NCBI GenBank assembly: GCA_964019425.1
Contig: OZ025787.1
Location: 1,054,001 to 1,118,000, forward strand
Length of the DNA: 64,000 nucleotides
Direction of reading: 5' to 3'
Source of the DNA: Flectonema sp. DT1601
Taxonomy: Eukaryota
A program made the translations under genes and the position numbers. Below, one piece after another: positions 37,354 to 48,065 of this stretch. The notes below the pieces were generated by a model. The model ran no database searches and had not been told where the DNA came from. It saw only the letters and a list, made by a program, of their open reading frames with translations. Every line of letters starts with the position of its first letter. Position 1 is the stretch's first letter.

Positions 37354-39459
37354 CTATTTCAACCTACGAGAAGCAGAACCAATCTGACAGTTGTTTACTT
37401 TGGTGGCAAATCGAAGAGAGTTGATTGTTTCATTAACGCTGTTAACAACAGGTGAAATGTTAACCATCATTAAAGTTTTACAGTCTCCTCCAAGACATGG
37501 TTTCAACATCCACGTTAGTGGAGAATTACGAAAAACATGAGACTTTGTTCCAGCATTCTTACGAGCTGCGTGTATTGCCTGAATTACATTACCGAGATGG
37601 GTCAAGGATGTGTTTATGTGTTCAGCTTCCTTTAATGCTTCACCAGTGACTCCGCTGTCTTTAACACGTTCTGAACCAGCGAGATCGATTAAATTAATTT
37701 CTGTATTCATAGTCTGATCAATACCAGAATTACGTCCTTGAACTTTAAGAGTGAAAACAGAATGAGATCTGGAAGATGAATCGTTCATCTTTGTAGCGCT
37801 AACAGTTCTTCTACTTCCAGCGAGTCTCAATGCATCATGAACACCTTCAATAGAGTGAACTGGTATTGTGGTACAGTTGCTTAAATAAGTATCACCCGTG
37901 TCTTTATTGTGATGGATTTCGATTTTTTTGTCCATCGCTGCGAGTTTCTCTCCACCGTCGTCGCTGAGTAAATCTCTGATTTTTTCGTTGTAAATTTCGA
38001 CGTATCGAAGAGAGAGGTTAAGTTCCCAACCGAATTCTTTCATCTTCCCAGAACGATCAAACAGTAATTGAACAGTCCTCGGGATTAAACCAATCTCATC
38101 TCCTTCAGGTCCTCCCTCCATTGTGTATGTTTTTCCAGAACCCGTTTGTCCGTACGCAAAGATGCAAACTTTGTACCCGTCCATCGCTGAGTGAACCATT
38201 TGAGAGACTTCACTAAAGATATCTTCTTGAGTACTTGTTGGTCCGAATGCCCTGTCGAATTCAAAGTGAGAAAGCTTTCCAGCCTTAGCATTACCTGTTG
38301 CTGATGTTGTGTTGGCTTCTTGAACTGTTATCTTTCTAAAGTCAAGTTTGTCAGGAAATCCAAACATCTTTGATGTGACTTCCTCTGTTCCTAACGATGG
38401 TCTCAGACGAGCAAAGACTCGAATATTTCCCTTAAGCTCTTGAAGACTATTATGAAGCATTCGACGAACTTGTTCAGCCTGAGATAAAGTATCTTCCTTC
38501 TCACGGAGTTGAACAGAAGCTGTCTGAACGTCTCTTTGAAGAGCAGCCATCTTGTCGCGAATATTCTTTAATTCTTGTGATAGTTGTTGTTTATCATCTC
38601 TAAGTTTGTAAACTTGTTTCTCAGCTTCTTTTGTCTTTTCCACCATCGTCTTTGAGGATTCTACTGAGTCAGCGAGTTTTGCTTCCAACTCTTTGGCATT
38701 CTTTTCTAATTTTTTATTATCTTCACGAAGTTGTTTGATAGTTGACTCATCACGACTTGACACAATTGGCTGGCGCTCAACACGTTTTGGTTCAGGACGA
38801 GCATCAACAGGTGCGGCAGCAGGTGTCGCAGTCACAGTAATTTGATTCGACGTTACGACAACTGGTTTGTGTCGTTTGGTCGGATTGGTGCTGTTGCATC
38901 TTTTCTTTTGAAGAAAGAACATCGCTGGATTCTCATTCTCATCAATGCCGTTAGCTGATGAGGTTTTTACTTCAGCAGTTGGTGCAGTTGAAACAGAATT
39001 CAAATTAAGTCTCGGTAGAGGTTCCGGTTTGTCACGCTTCCTTCTTGAAGGTGTTGGTGTCTTCACAGGTGTTCTTGATGACGTTTGTTGAGAACGAACT
39101 CGACTAGCGTTGTACTCAGGGAGTTCTTCACCATCAACAACACAGTCAAACCATCTTTTAAACCAATTTAGAAAACTTAAATTATGTGTCTGCTGTCCTT
39201 TTGCCAATTTCTGGATGTCAATATCACCCGACGGGAAATCCGCTCCTTTCTTTGCGAGAATGTTCATCACAATTTTGAAATTTGCCAGTCTCTGTTCTTC
39301 ATTTCTTGCTTTTAATACAACTTTTGCCATCGGCATCTCTTTATCAAATAAGATGTGAAGTAGTTGACAGTACTGCCATCCCTCGCCCATCTCAACTATT
39401 TTAGTCATGTTCGTGTCTAGTTGACCATTCAGCCACTGAAGCAAAACTCTCGTTGACAT
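37354..39459 (-). CDS. Kinesin-14 (C-terminal motor) with N-terminal EB1-type calponin-homology domain
   Basis: Neck 'LHNSLQELKGNIRVFARLRP', P-loop 'FAYGQTGSGKT', 'SSRSH', 'LIDLAGSER'. Coiled-coil stalk. N-terminal ~105 aa follow the EB1/MAPRE CH pattern. Confidence 0.92.
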   Translation of the reverse strand: MSTRVLLQWLNGQLDTNMTKIVEMGEGWQYCQLLHILFDKEMPMAKVVLKARNEEQRLANFKIVMNILAKKGADFPSGDIDIQKLAKGQQTHNLSFLNWFKRWFDCVVDGEELPEYNASRVRSQQTSSRTPVKTPTPSRRKRDKPEPLPRLNLNSVSTAPTAEVKTSSANGIDENENPAMFFLQKKRCNSTNPTKRHKPVVVTSNQITVTATPAAAPVDARPEPKRVERQPIVSSRDESTIKQLREDNKKLEKNAKELEAKLADSVESSKTMVEKTKEAEKQVYKLRDDKQQLSQELKNIRDKMAALQRDVQTASVQLREKEDTLSQAEQVRRMLHNSLQELKGNIRVFARLRPSLGTEEVTSKMFGFPDKLDFRKITVQEANTTSATGNAKAGKLSHFEFDRAFGPTSTQEDIFSEVSQMVHSAMDGYKVCIFAYGQTGSGKTYTMEGGPEGDEIGLIPRTVQLLFDRSGKMKEFGWELNLSLRYVEIYNEKIRDLLSDDGGEKLAAMDKKIEIHHNKDTGDTYLSNCTTIPVHSIEGVHDALRLAGSRRTVSATKMNDSSSRSHSVFTLKVQGRNSGIDQTMNTEINLIDLAGSERVKDSGVTGEALKEAEHINTSLTHLGNVIQAIHAARKNAGTKSHVFRNSPLTWMLKPCLGGDCKTLMMVNISPVVNSVNETINSLRFATKVNNCQIGSASRRLK

Positions 39460-41437
39460 TTTTTTTTTATTATTATTATTGTTTCCGACTGCTGGAGGTG
39501 AGATGGTTGATAAAAACAAGCAACAGTAATAACATGACATGTGTGAGCATCTGTTAAAAATAAATATATCCACAGAAAATGATGATTTTGAAGACTACAC
39601 ACATAACGAATTATGATAAGTTTACAAAAAAAAAAAAAGAATTCAATATTTATTGAGGGGCTTGCAGGAACTGCAATTCCTCTCAAGAAGCACAGTACTA
39701 CAGAACAGAGATATAGGTTTTATATAAGAAAAAAAAAAATAATTAAGAAAAAAAGGAATAAGGAAAAGAAAGAAAAAAAAAAAACGGATTTTAACAATGG
39801 AAAAGCAATGGCGGTGCATGTCGTGCGTGAATTGAATTGCTTTTTTTTTTTTTTTTCCCTTAGATTACTGTCTTCGGAGTACTACAAAGATACCTTATAC
39901 CTAGCAACAGTATTGCGTGAAAAGGGGATACGGAAAACAAAAAGGTGGGAAACAGTGAGAAGAAAAGAAATAGAAACAAGAATAATATACAACTAACCTG
40001 GTCATCTCAGTCGCCCTTTTTCATATTTAGTTGTCGTCTAGTGGGGAAAAGAGGGGGACAAGGGAATGGGCGATTGCACCCATCAAAGTTTTTTTTTTTT
40101 CTAAACAAGATTTTGACACTTTGTTTAAAAAAAAAAAAAAAAAAAAAAGTGGGGGAGGGAATACAAATGACCAGAAAACGATATCACAAATGTTTTCTAT
40201 GTAATAAGTCGTCTTTTTATTTGAAGCAAACCCACGTGACATATCAGCAGGTTCGCAATATTGTTTCAAACACTCAGAACATATCGCACGACAACCCCAG
40301 ACGATGATATCTAATTCACTTCAACACCAACTAGATTATTCGCTAAATATCTCATTTTATTAAATTCAAAGTAGCTAACATCTGTAGTACTTTCATACTA
40401 ACAAAAATACACCATTACAATAAGAAACCATGTCCACAAAGACAGGCAGTACTGATTTACAAGAAGAAGGAAACTAAAAGTAGGATTTAAAAAAGCAAAC
40501 ACACAGAGAAGGTTGATTCTTAAATGAATCAAGAAGAATACTGACAACATGCAGTCTGGGATATGTACACGACAGAACGAAAAACTAACTGCCACTAGTA
40601 ATGATCATCACCCAAGTCTGACTGCAACCTAAAATGACTAATCAGTTTTACAAAAGACAGTTACATCACATTACCACATTGAGATATAAGTAGGGGTGGG
40701 GTGGTCTGGTAGGATACAAAAAAATATGGATGGGACAGATGGCGGGAAAATAAAAAAAAAATATATTTTTAAAAAAAAAACAGTCTGCAGACCGTCGTAA
40801 CACACAAACAAAAAAGCTATTTTGATTATCGTTGTCACACCTTATGTTTTCCTGTCAAAGTGCATCATTATTGTACGGCTTACTTGCTAACGACACATTC
40901 TAAAAGAAAAACCTGACTGTTGTCAAGTTGGGTACAGGACCCCACAGAAGATGATTAACAAAAGAAAGCAAATAGATAATTATAATACAGAAAAAAAAAT
41001 ACATTTAAAAAAAAAAAAACGATATAACAAATATGAAATGAAACTTAAATACAATAACCAACAACAACAGCTGTACGGATCTTATCCTTCACGAACCTTG
41101 GTTATGAAAGTTGTTTATTCGCTGCTTCTCCTTAGTAAGTTCAAGGACACAGTTAGTTTTTTTTTGTTAAAAAAATAAAGATACGGGGAGATGGAAGGAA
41201 AAAAAGTCTAAAAAAAATTTATCGATTCGAAGAGAACGAGTTTAGCTGGACAACAACAGGTCGAAGAAACAAACGACCCTCAGCTGTCAGCACTCTCGCT
41301 GCTGTATTAGTCTGACGCCATACTTCAAAAAAGTTGAAATAAACTCCCACAGACTCTATTAAACAAGCCTTATATTTTATTAAAAAAAATCACAAAAAAA
41401 ACAACAAACACTACACTTTTGAGAATAGTTCCTATTT

Positions 41438-42660
41438 TTATAACAATCTGACGTCTATCCCAGGAGTACAGGCCCTTAAAGTAACTCCACGTCGTATTAA
41501 TCGAGTTCGAGAACTACTTCTAGAGATTAGAGGTTTTATAAAAGAAGCATCCGAACGTCTTCCTCTCGGAGTTGACGCTCCTCTTTGAAATGATTCTTGA
41601 GGAGGTTGAGAGAATGTGGCTGAGGCGGTTCTTTGTAATTTCCGTCTTGGAGAAGTTGTCGTTGCTGTACTGCTTGACGGGAATGTAAAAGTTTGAGTTG
41701 AAGGTCTGTAATACCGAGGTGAAGGCATTCCAGCAGCACTATAACTTGCTCTAATTCCCTGCATATTTAATGGTTTGATTCCGTTTGTCGATTTATTTCT
41801 TCTGAACATGATGGACCTCTCGCTGTCAAACGTGAGGTGAATTTCGTTACATATTTTTAAATATTCGCTCTCAATACCTTCTCGGGTTTGTTTTTCTTTG
41901 TTGCAGACTTTTCTCCTGTCGACGAGGGCAGAGCTTTGTTTTTTAATTATTGTTCGGCGTCCTACCCGACCCATTCCACGGAGGGTTTGTGATGGTGGCT
42001 GCTGTTGTTCTTGTCGTCGTCCTCCTGTAGGTCGTCGTCTGCCTCCATTTTTTATAACCTTCCATCGAGTAGTACCAACTCCTGGATTATTTAAGTCTTC
42101 TCGATGACCAAAGCTGGATGCCTCTTCTGCTCCCGATGAAATCCAATAAACCTGTTGTGTTTTGAGTGTTTTGTTATATTATTGTGAATATTGGGTCCCC
42201 TTCATAATAATTAATAAAAACATACCTCACCATCAAACATTCCTAAAATAGTTCCAACAACACCAGTAGCTGTTTGAATAACATCCCCGTGACGAAGGGG
42301 CATCATAAAGCAGCATTCGTGAGTGTCAAGAGTTCTCTTTTTATTACCCACGCAAGTCACAATAATTGGTGACCGGACTGCAGATCTCGGAACCAGATGC
42401 GTTCGTTCCCTTCGTTTAGCAACGGGCCGACTCTTTTTTGAGTTTAATTTCTTGTCGTAAACTTTTTTAGTTTCTTTATTCTTCAAAGTTTCATAAGCCT
42501 CCTGAACACATTGAAACTTCTGCAGTTCTCCCTCACGATCGGGATGATGAGTTCTCGCTTCTCTGTGATAAGCGCTCTTAATGTCATCTGCTGTAGCCGT
42601 TAAGTCTAAACCTAAAACAGAGTAATAGCTGCCATCAAGTGGATCAGACTCATCACCCAT
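41438..42660 (-). CDS. DnaJ (J-domain) protein (2 exons)
   Basis: 'YYSVLGL...IKSAYHREARTHHPDR...AYETL' with HPD motif. Intron 42152..42225 joins in frame to ORF 41438..41974. Confidence 0.85.
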
Positions 42661-42875
42661 TTAATTATTTACAATCTGAATGAGGATGAGGATGAAGTCG
42701 GGGGATGAAGCAAAAAATATCAAAAAAAAAAAAAATGTATTATAATAATATTCGGTGTAAACAGCATTAAGTTAGGCCAGATTAGTAGCAACACCGAAAA
42801 AAATGGAAATGAAATCTATTTTTGACGTCAGAAAGAAACAAAAACGGAACACAAAAGCATATCATTTAAAATTTC

Positions 42876-45201
42876 CTAAGTTACAATATTCTCAAGAGAG
42901 GTTGGGTCCAAGTCTCGGATAGCTTCGAATAAATCACGTTCACCACCTTGTCTGTTGGCAAGTCTGTCAAGTTCTGATTTCGTCGCAGACAAGTCTTCAT
43001 CAGTAATCTGATACCGAACAACAGCAGCATCCCATGATTCTTTAGAAGAGTAACTTGTTAGAGCTAATTGAGAAAGAAATGAAATGTTTGTAATAAAAAG
43101 AGTATGAGCTGTCGAAGAGTTCGGATCAAGTGGTGCTATCAAATCGATCCAAAAGTTGTAATCAAACACAACCTCAAGAACTGATCGTATTAATGATCCA
43201 ACTAAGTTATCAACTACTTCAGTCTCTGACATCACATGCATTGCTTCATATCTGATTGAAGCAGCTCTTAGAACTAATGTCTTACTGGCAGTTAGAATTA
43301 GACATCCTCCCATTCGTTCATTTATTTCTGACACTTCCTCTTGCAGTCCAACACTTAGTTTTTGTACTTCCATCTTCGTCCATTCTCCCACAACTAAATT
43401 AACAAATCTTGACTGTTTAAACTTATCACGTAAATGATCTAAAGTTGTTATGTGTTCCTTGTTGAATATTCTTCGTAGTGACTGTTGATATGTTGTTTTG
43501 TATATTATGATTAAAAGTTTGTGTTAAGAAAGTAATCAAATACATACCTGTGATACTCTCGGAAGTAACAGCGATGCTATAAAGTTCATATCAGATAAAA
43601 AGAATAATGTTTGCTGATCAGTAAAATCTTTTGATATTTCAGTCTTGGTTAGTTCGAAGCTTTTGTCAACGTATTCTTTAAGAATGTCGTGTAGAGATGT
43701 GTCAGTTGCTTCTTCCAATCCACCCCATGGCTTATCACCATCGAGCGATACCAATTTGACTGATTGCACAATTGAACTTACCTTAGTAAGTAATTCATAA
43801 GTACCATCAGCTATCACCAGGTACAATCTCTCACTTCTTGATGCTCTCGTCCAAAGCGGCGGTGCATGAATCTCTTCTGCCGTATCTCTTTGAGGGACTC
43901 TAAAAGCTTTATCAGCGTCAGCCAGATACTCACCCATATCAGTTTTGATACCAGTTATTTCTTTCTCAAACGCTTGTAAAGCCTCTTCTTTTAAGATACT
44001 ATGAATGTGATCAAGCATGTCAATTCCTAAAGATTCCAAGTGATCTCTGCAAGCCTGTTGTTTGTTATTATTATTATTTTTTTATATTTTTAGTGATAAA
44101 TCAAAAAATAATTAATAAAACATCATAATCACACAAACCTTAAATACTTCAGTAAAAGACTGAAATATATCTGAGAAAGCATCAACACTCATTAACTGGG
44201 ATATAATTAAAGACAGGAAATCATCGATCTGTCGAGAAATCCATCGCACAGCCGATGATTTTAGATGATTCGGTGGAAGTTTAAAATCATTTTCAGCCAT
44301 TTGAACATACTCAACATACGTGGCAGCCAGACCTGAAAAGATAGCAGAGGATGAGTCTCTCGCGTAGTTTACTACGTCGCCCAGGAATCGAACTCGACAT
44401 ACTTCAGAGCGAACCCACCGACTTCGATGTGCAAAAAAGTGATTAATTGCAATGTCTTCTCTGTCTAACTTAATTAGAATTTTTAATAAGGATCGAGTGG
44501 TTCCTGTGTTTGTTTGATTTGGTTCGTTATTCTTCAAGACAAGGTTTACGAATGTTTGTAAATAATAATATCACACCTGGTGTGGTTCTCAACGTTTCAA
44601 GTATCTGTTCAACGATCGATTTTTCGATGCTCCATAACTCGCGCTCAGGAACTGCTCCGATTTCTCTGTTTGAAAGTATTATGGAAACAGCTTTTTCAAA
44701 GTCTGATTCGAACATTGCTAACTCTACGGCATCGCGAAGGTCGTCTACTTGTTGTTTGTCGTTTGAGGTTTCTGGTTTTTGTTTTGTTATTATATTTTTG
44801 TTTATTATTGGAAACTAAAACAAAAACAAAAAGACAGTCAAACCTTCAAAGGCTAAGTCATGTTCATCAGCTAGCAGGTGATTATTGTTTTCCAAGTCAC
44901 ACAGATCAAGATCAGCAACCTGTTGAATTGTTGTTCTGAGAGAGATGACTCCTTCTTTAACTTTTAGAAGAGATTGCGCTCCGACATCTAACTTGGTAGC
45001 GTATTCGATGAATTTCGGATATTTTCTTTGTGTTAATTCACCAACTCTGTCTTTAACATATTTACCATAAGTTGATAGCACTTCTAAACAAGCATCACTG
45101 TCAGAGTTATTCTGTTCTAGTAACTCGTGAACTCTTTCTTGAAGATCAAAGTTGCCCTCATACTTCTTAACCACCGACTGAGGTACCGTTTGCGTGTACA
45201 T
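42876..45201 (-). CDS. EXO84: Exocyst complex component EXO84/EXOC8-like (5 exons)
   Basis: Vps51/Exo84-type N-terminus ('LTQRKYPKFI') and Exo84-like 'LIKLDREDIAINHFFAHRS...GDVVNYARDSSSAIFSGL...SSAVRWISRQIDDF'. Introns 44772..44843, 44504..44576, 44055..44138, 43482..43547 all preserve frame. Confidence 0.7.
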
Positions 45202-46173
45202 CTTCTTGTCTTGTACTGTTGATAAAAATATTAATTCAGTTATAATTAAATAGAAGATGAAATAAGTGAATCATATGTTTATTGTGTTACTGGAGAAGAA
45301 ATTAAAAAAAAACATGATTTTTTTTTTTTTTTTTTTTTTTTTCTCGTTTCTTATAATTCATTTTTTAACTAAAAAGAAATAAAATGCGACACTGTTAACT
45401 TTATATTACACTATTAGGTAAAATAATTGTAATAACGTGTTAGCTGCCCGAGGCAGGTTAGAAAACACTAACAAAGTGGGACGGGACCTCCTACCGAAAA
45501 AAAAAAAAAAAAAAATTAATAAAAAATAAAGAAAAGAAAAATACCGTTCAGTTCGATTCCGAGAACCTGGGAATCAACTTATTTAATTTCCTCGATAAAA
45601 AGATACAATCGATTTTATTAATTATTAATGACGAGTGAAAGTACGTCATGCTATTTCTATGCAGAAAAGGTGTTTTGAAGTCAGTTTTAGACAGTCAAAA
45701 TGAAACAATAACGTCATCCGTGTGTGACTGGAAACAGGAGGAGCAGGAGAAAGGAAAAAGAAAACAGTTTCCCTTTAACACCAGGCTATCCGCTGTGGGA
45801 TCTGCTACAGGAAAACGGTGACAATAGCCACAAAAGGTTTTTTTTCTTTTTTTTTTTTTTTTTCATTTTGTTTCTGTCAAAAAATAACACTTTTTTCGCA
45901 TCTACGCCGCAGCGATTGCTTTTGGACAAGGTAAGGGAAGCAGCTCGCTGGGATTTAATTTCTATTTTTTTTTCTTGTTGGTCTCTTTTTTTTTTTTTTT
46001 TTTTTTCAAGTTTCTGTTCATGGGGATGGAGGATTGTTTGGTTATCAACTCTAAGAATAGGTAAATTGAACAGACATGAAGATCGTAGTTTACCCACAGG
46101 TTCCCTCTGTAGGGAAGAAATCTGTGAAAAACAAAAATAAAAACAGCAGAAAAATAAAATAAAGAGAACATAA

Positions 46174-47820
46174 CTACGCGTAGTAGTCCAGGTCATGTTT
46201 CTTACGAGATTGAACCTGTTTTTTTTTTTTTTTTTAGAGTTTTGCTATGAGTAGTTTTACCTTTACTGTATTTTACAGTGTAACAGAAGAATAATTCTCG
46301 TGAGGAAGAAAATAAAAACTCGGTAGATCCGCAAACCGAAAAGGAGAAATTACACAAACCTGATTGATTCCCTCCATGAAGTCTTCGTGTCCAAGTTGAG
46401 TAGCATCTCGTCTGTTTTTTTTTCAATTAAATACATGAAGCAAAGAATAAAAAGATACCCCCCTAACTCTAACAATGACACACCTCATGCCGAGCATACC
46501 GGCTTCAACACACACAGCCTTCAGTTGGGCACCATTCATGTCGTCTGTGCATCTGGAGAGCTCCTCAAAGTTAACTATTTTTGTGTTGTGTCTGGTGTTA
46601 CAATCTCAATCAACGAGTTGGTTAATTTACAGCTGCTGTTAGTCAGTAAAAAATAAATTTTTAAAAAAATACTTACCTTCGTCACAAACATTCATTTTTC
46701 TTGAATGAATTCTCATGATACGTGCTCGGGATTCTTCGTCCGGCATTGGGAATTCAACTTTTCTGTCGAGACGACCAGAACGGAGAAGAGCAGGGTCAAG
46801 TACATCGATTCTGTTTGTAGCAGCGATGACCTTAATGTCATCACCTGTATCAAAACCATCAAGTTGATTAAGTAACTCAAGCATAGTACGTTGAACTTCA
46901 CGGTCACCTGATTTCTCACCTCCTCTGCGAGTTCCAATTGCGTCGATCTCGTCGATAAAAATAATAGTCGGCGCCTTTTCCTTTGCGAGTGCGAATGCAT
47001 CTCTTACAATTTTAGCACCGTCTCCAATAAACATTTGAACCAACTGAGGACCTGCTAACTTCAAAAATGTCGATCCACACTGAGCAGCACATGCTCTAGC
47101 CAGAAGGGTTTTTCCAGTTCCAGGTGGACCGTATAAAATAACTCCCTTAGGTGGTTGGATACCGATGTTTTTAAAACGATCTTTGTGAGTGAATGGAAGA
47201 ACACAAGCCTCAACCATTTCTTTAATTTGTTTGTCAAGACCTCCAACGTCTGAGTAATTTTCTTTTGGTTTGTCATCAACTTCCATAGTCTTTACACGAG
47301 CATCGTACTCTGCAGGAAGAGTATCGAGAATAAGGTACGAGTCTTTGTTTACACCAACAAGATCATTTGGTTTTAACTTTGCTGGATCAACAAGTCCAAT
47401 AACAGGAAGGTACATCGTCTGTCTCATTGAAGTTTTGATTACTGCGGCTTTACCAGATCTGTGATTGTCCATATCCATGTTTTCACCTTCCTCATCTTCT
47501 TCATCTTCATCGTCTTCCTCATCTGAAAGAATTTCAACGAGGGTTGATACAAGGTATGGAAGTACGGAGTTTAGTTTGATTCTCTCTTGGTTTTCTTTAA
47601 TCTTGTCTTGCATTTTCTTTACGTCATTCGATAATTTAGTTCTTTCACTAATTAATACTCTCGATTCGTTATCTAACATTCTAGTTCTAAGCTGAATATC
47701 GTCAACACTCATAGTTCCTAGCTCTGCTTGAATCGCCGCATCCTCTTCTTCATTTTCATTTTTATCTTCTTCTTCCTTATTAATGTTTGTCACCTTTTGG
47801 GTTTCACCGGATTTATCCAT
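46174..47820 (-). CDS. RPT5: 26S proteasome regulatory ATPase RPT5 / PSMC3 (4 exons)
   Basis: '[17 protein letters not shown]', '[16 protein letters not shown]', '[20 protein letters not shown]'. Introns 46575..46676, 46412..46483, 46216..46359 yield a C-terminus ...HDLDYYA* with the HbYX motif. Confidence 0.95.
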
Positions 47821-48065
47821 TTGCTTGTGTGTCCCAGCTGTGAAGGGGTGAAAAAATAGTTCCAACTTTAGGGATTAAAACAAAACTAATATGAAGACGC
47901 GACTTTCTTACAGCTGTTAAGGGGAAATGAAATAAACTTACATTGCAGTCCGCAAAAAAGAAATATAAGAAATAAAGTGTCTAACGTCAGAACTGTAAAG
48001 TTCAGTAATTAAAGGGTAGCCTTTGTAAGGATACATAGAATAATAAATTGTTAAGTAAAAGTAGA

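Noticed and set aside
3335..47820. Functional cell-division cluster (CDC27, kinesin-14, RPT5)
   Set aside because: The genes are far apart and interspersed with unrelated ones, which is expected by chance in a directional gene array.
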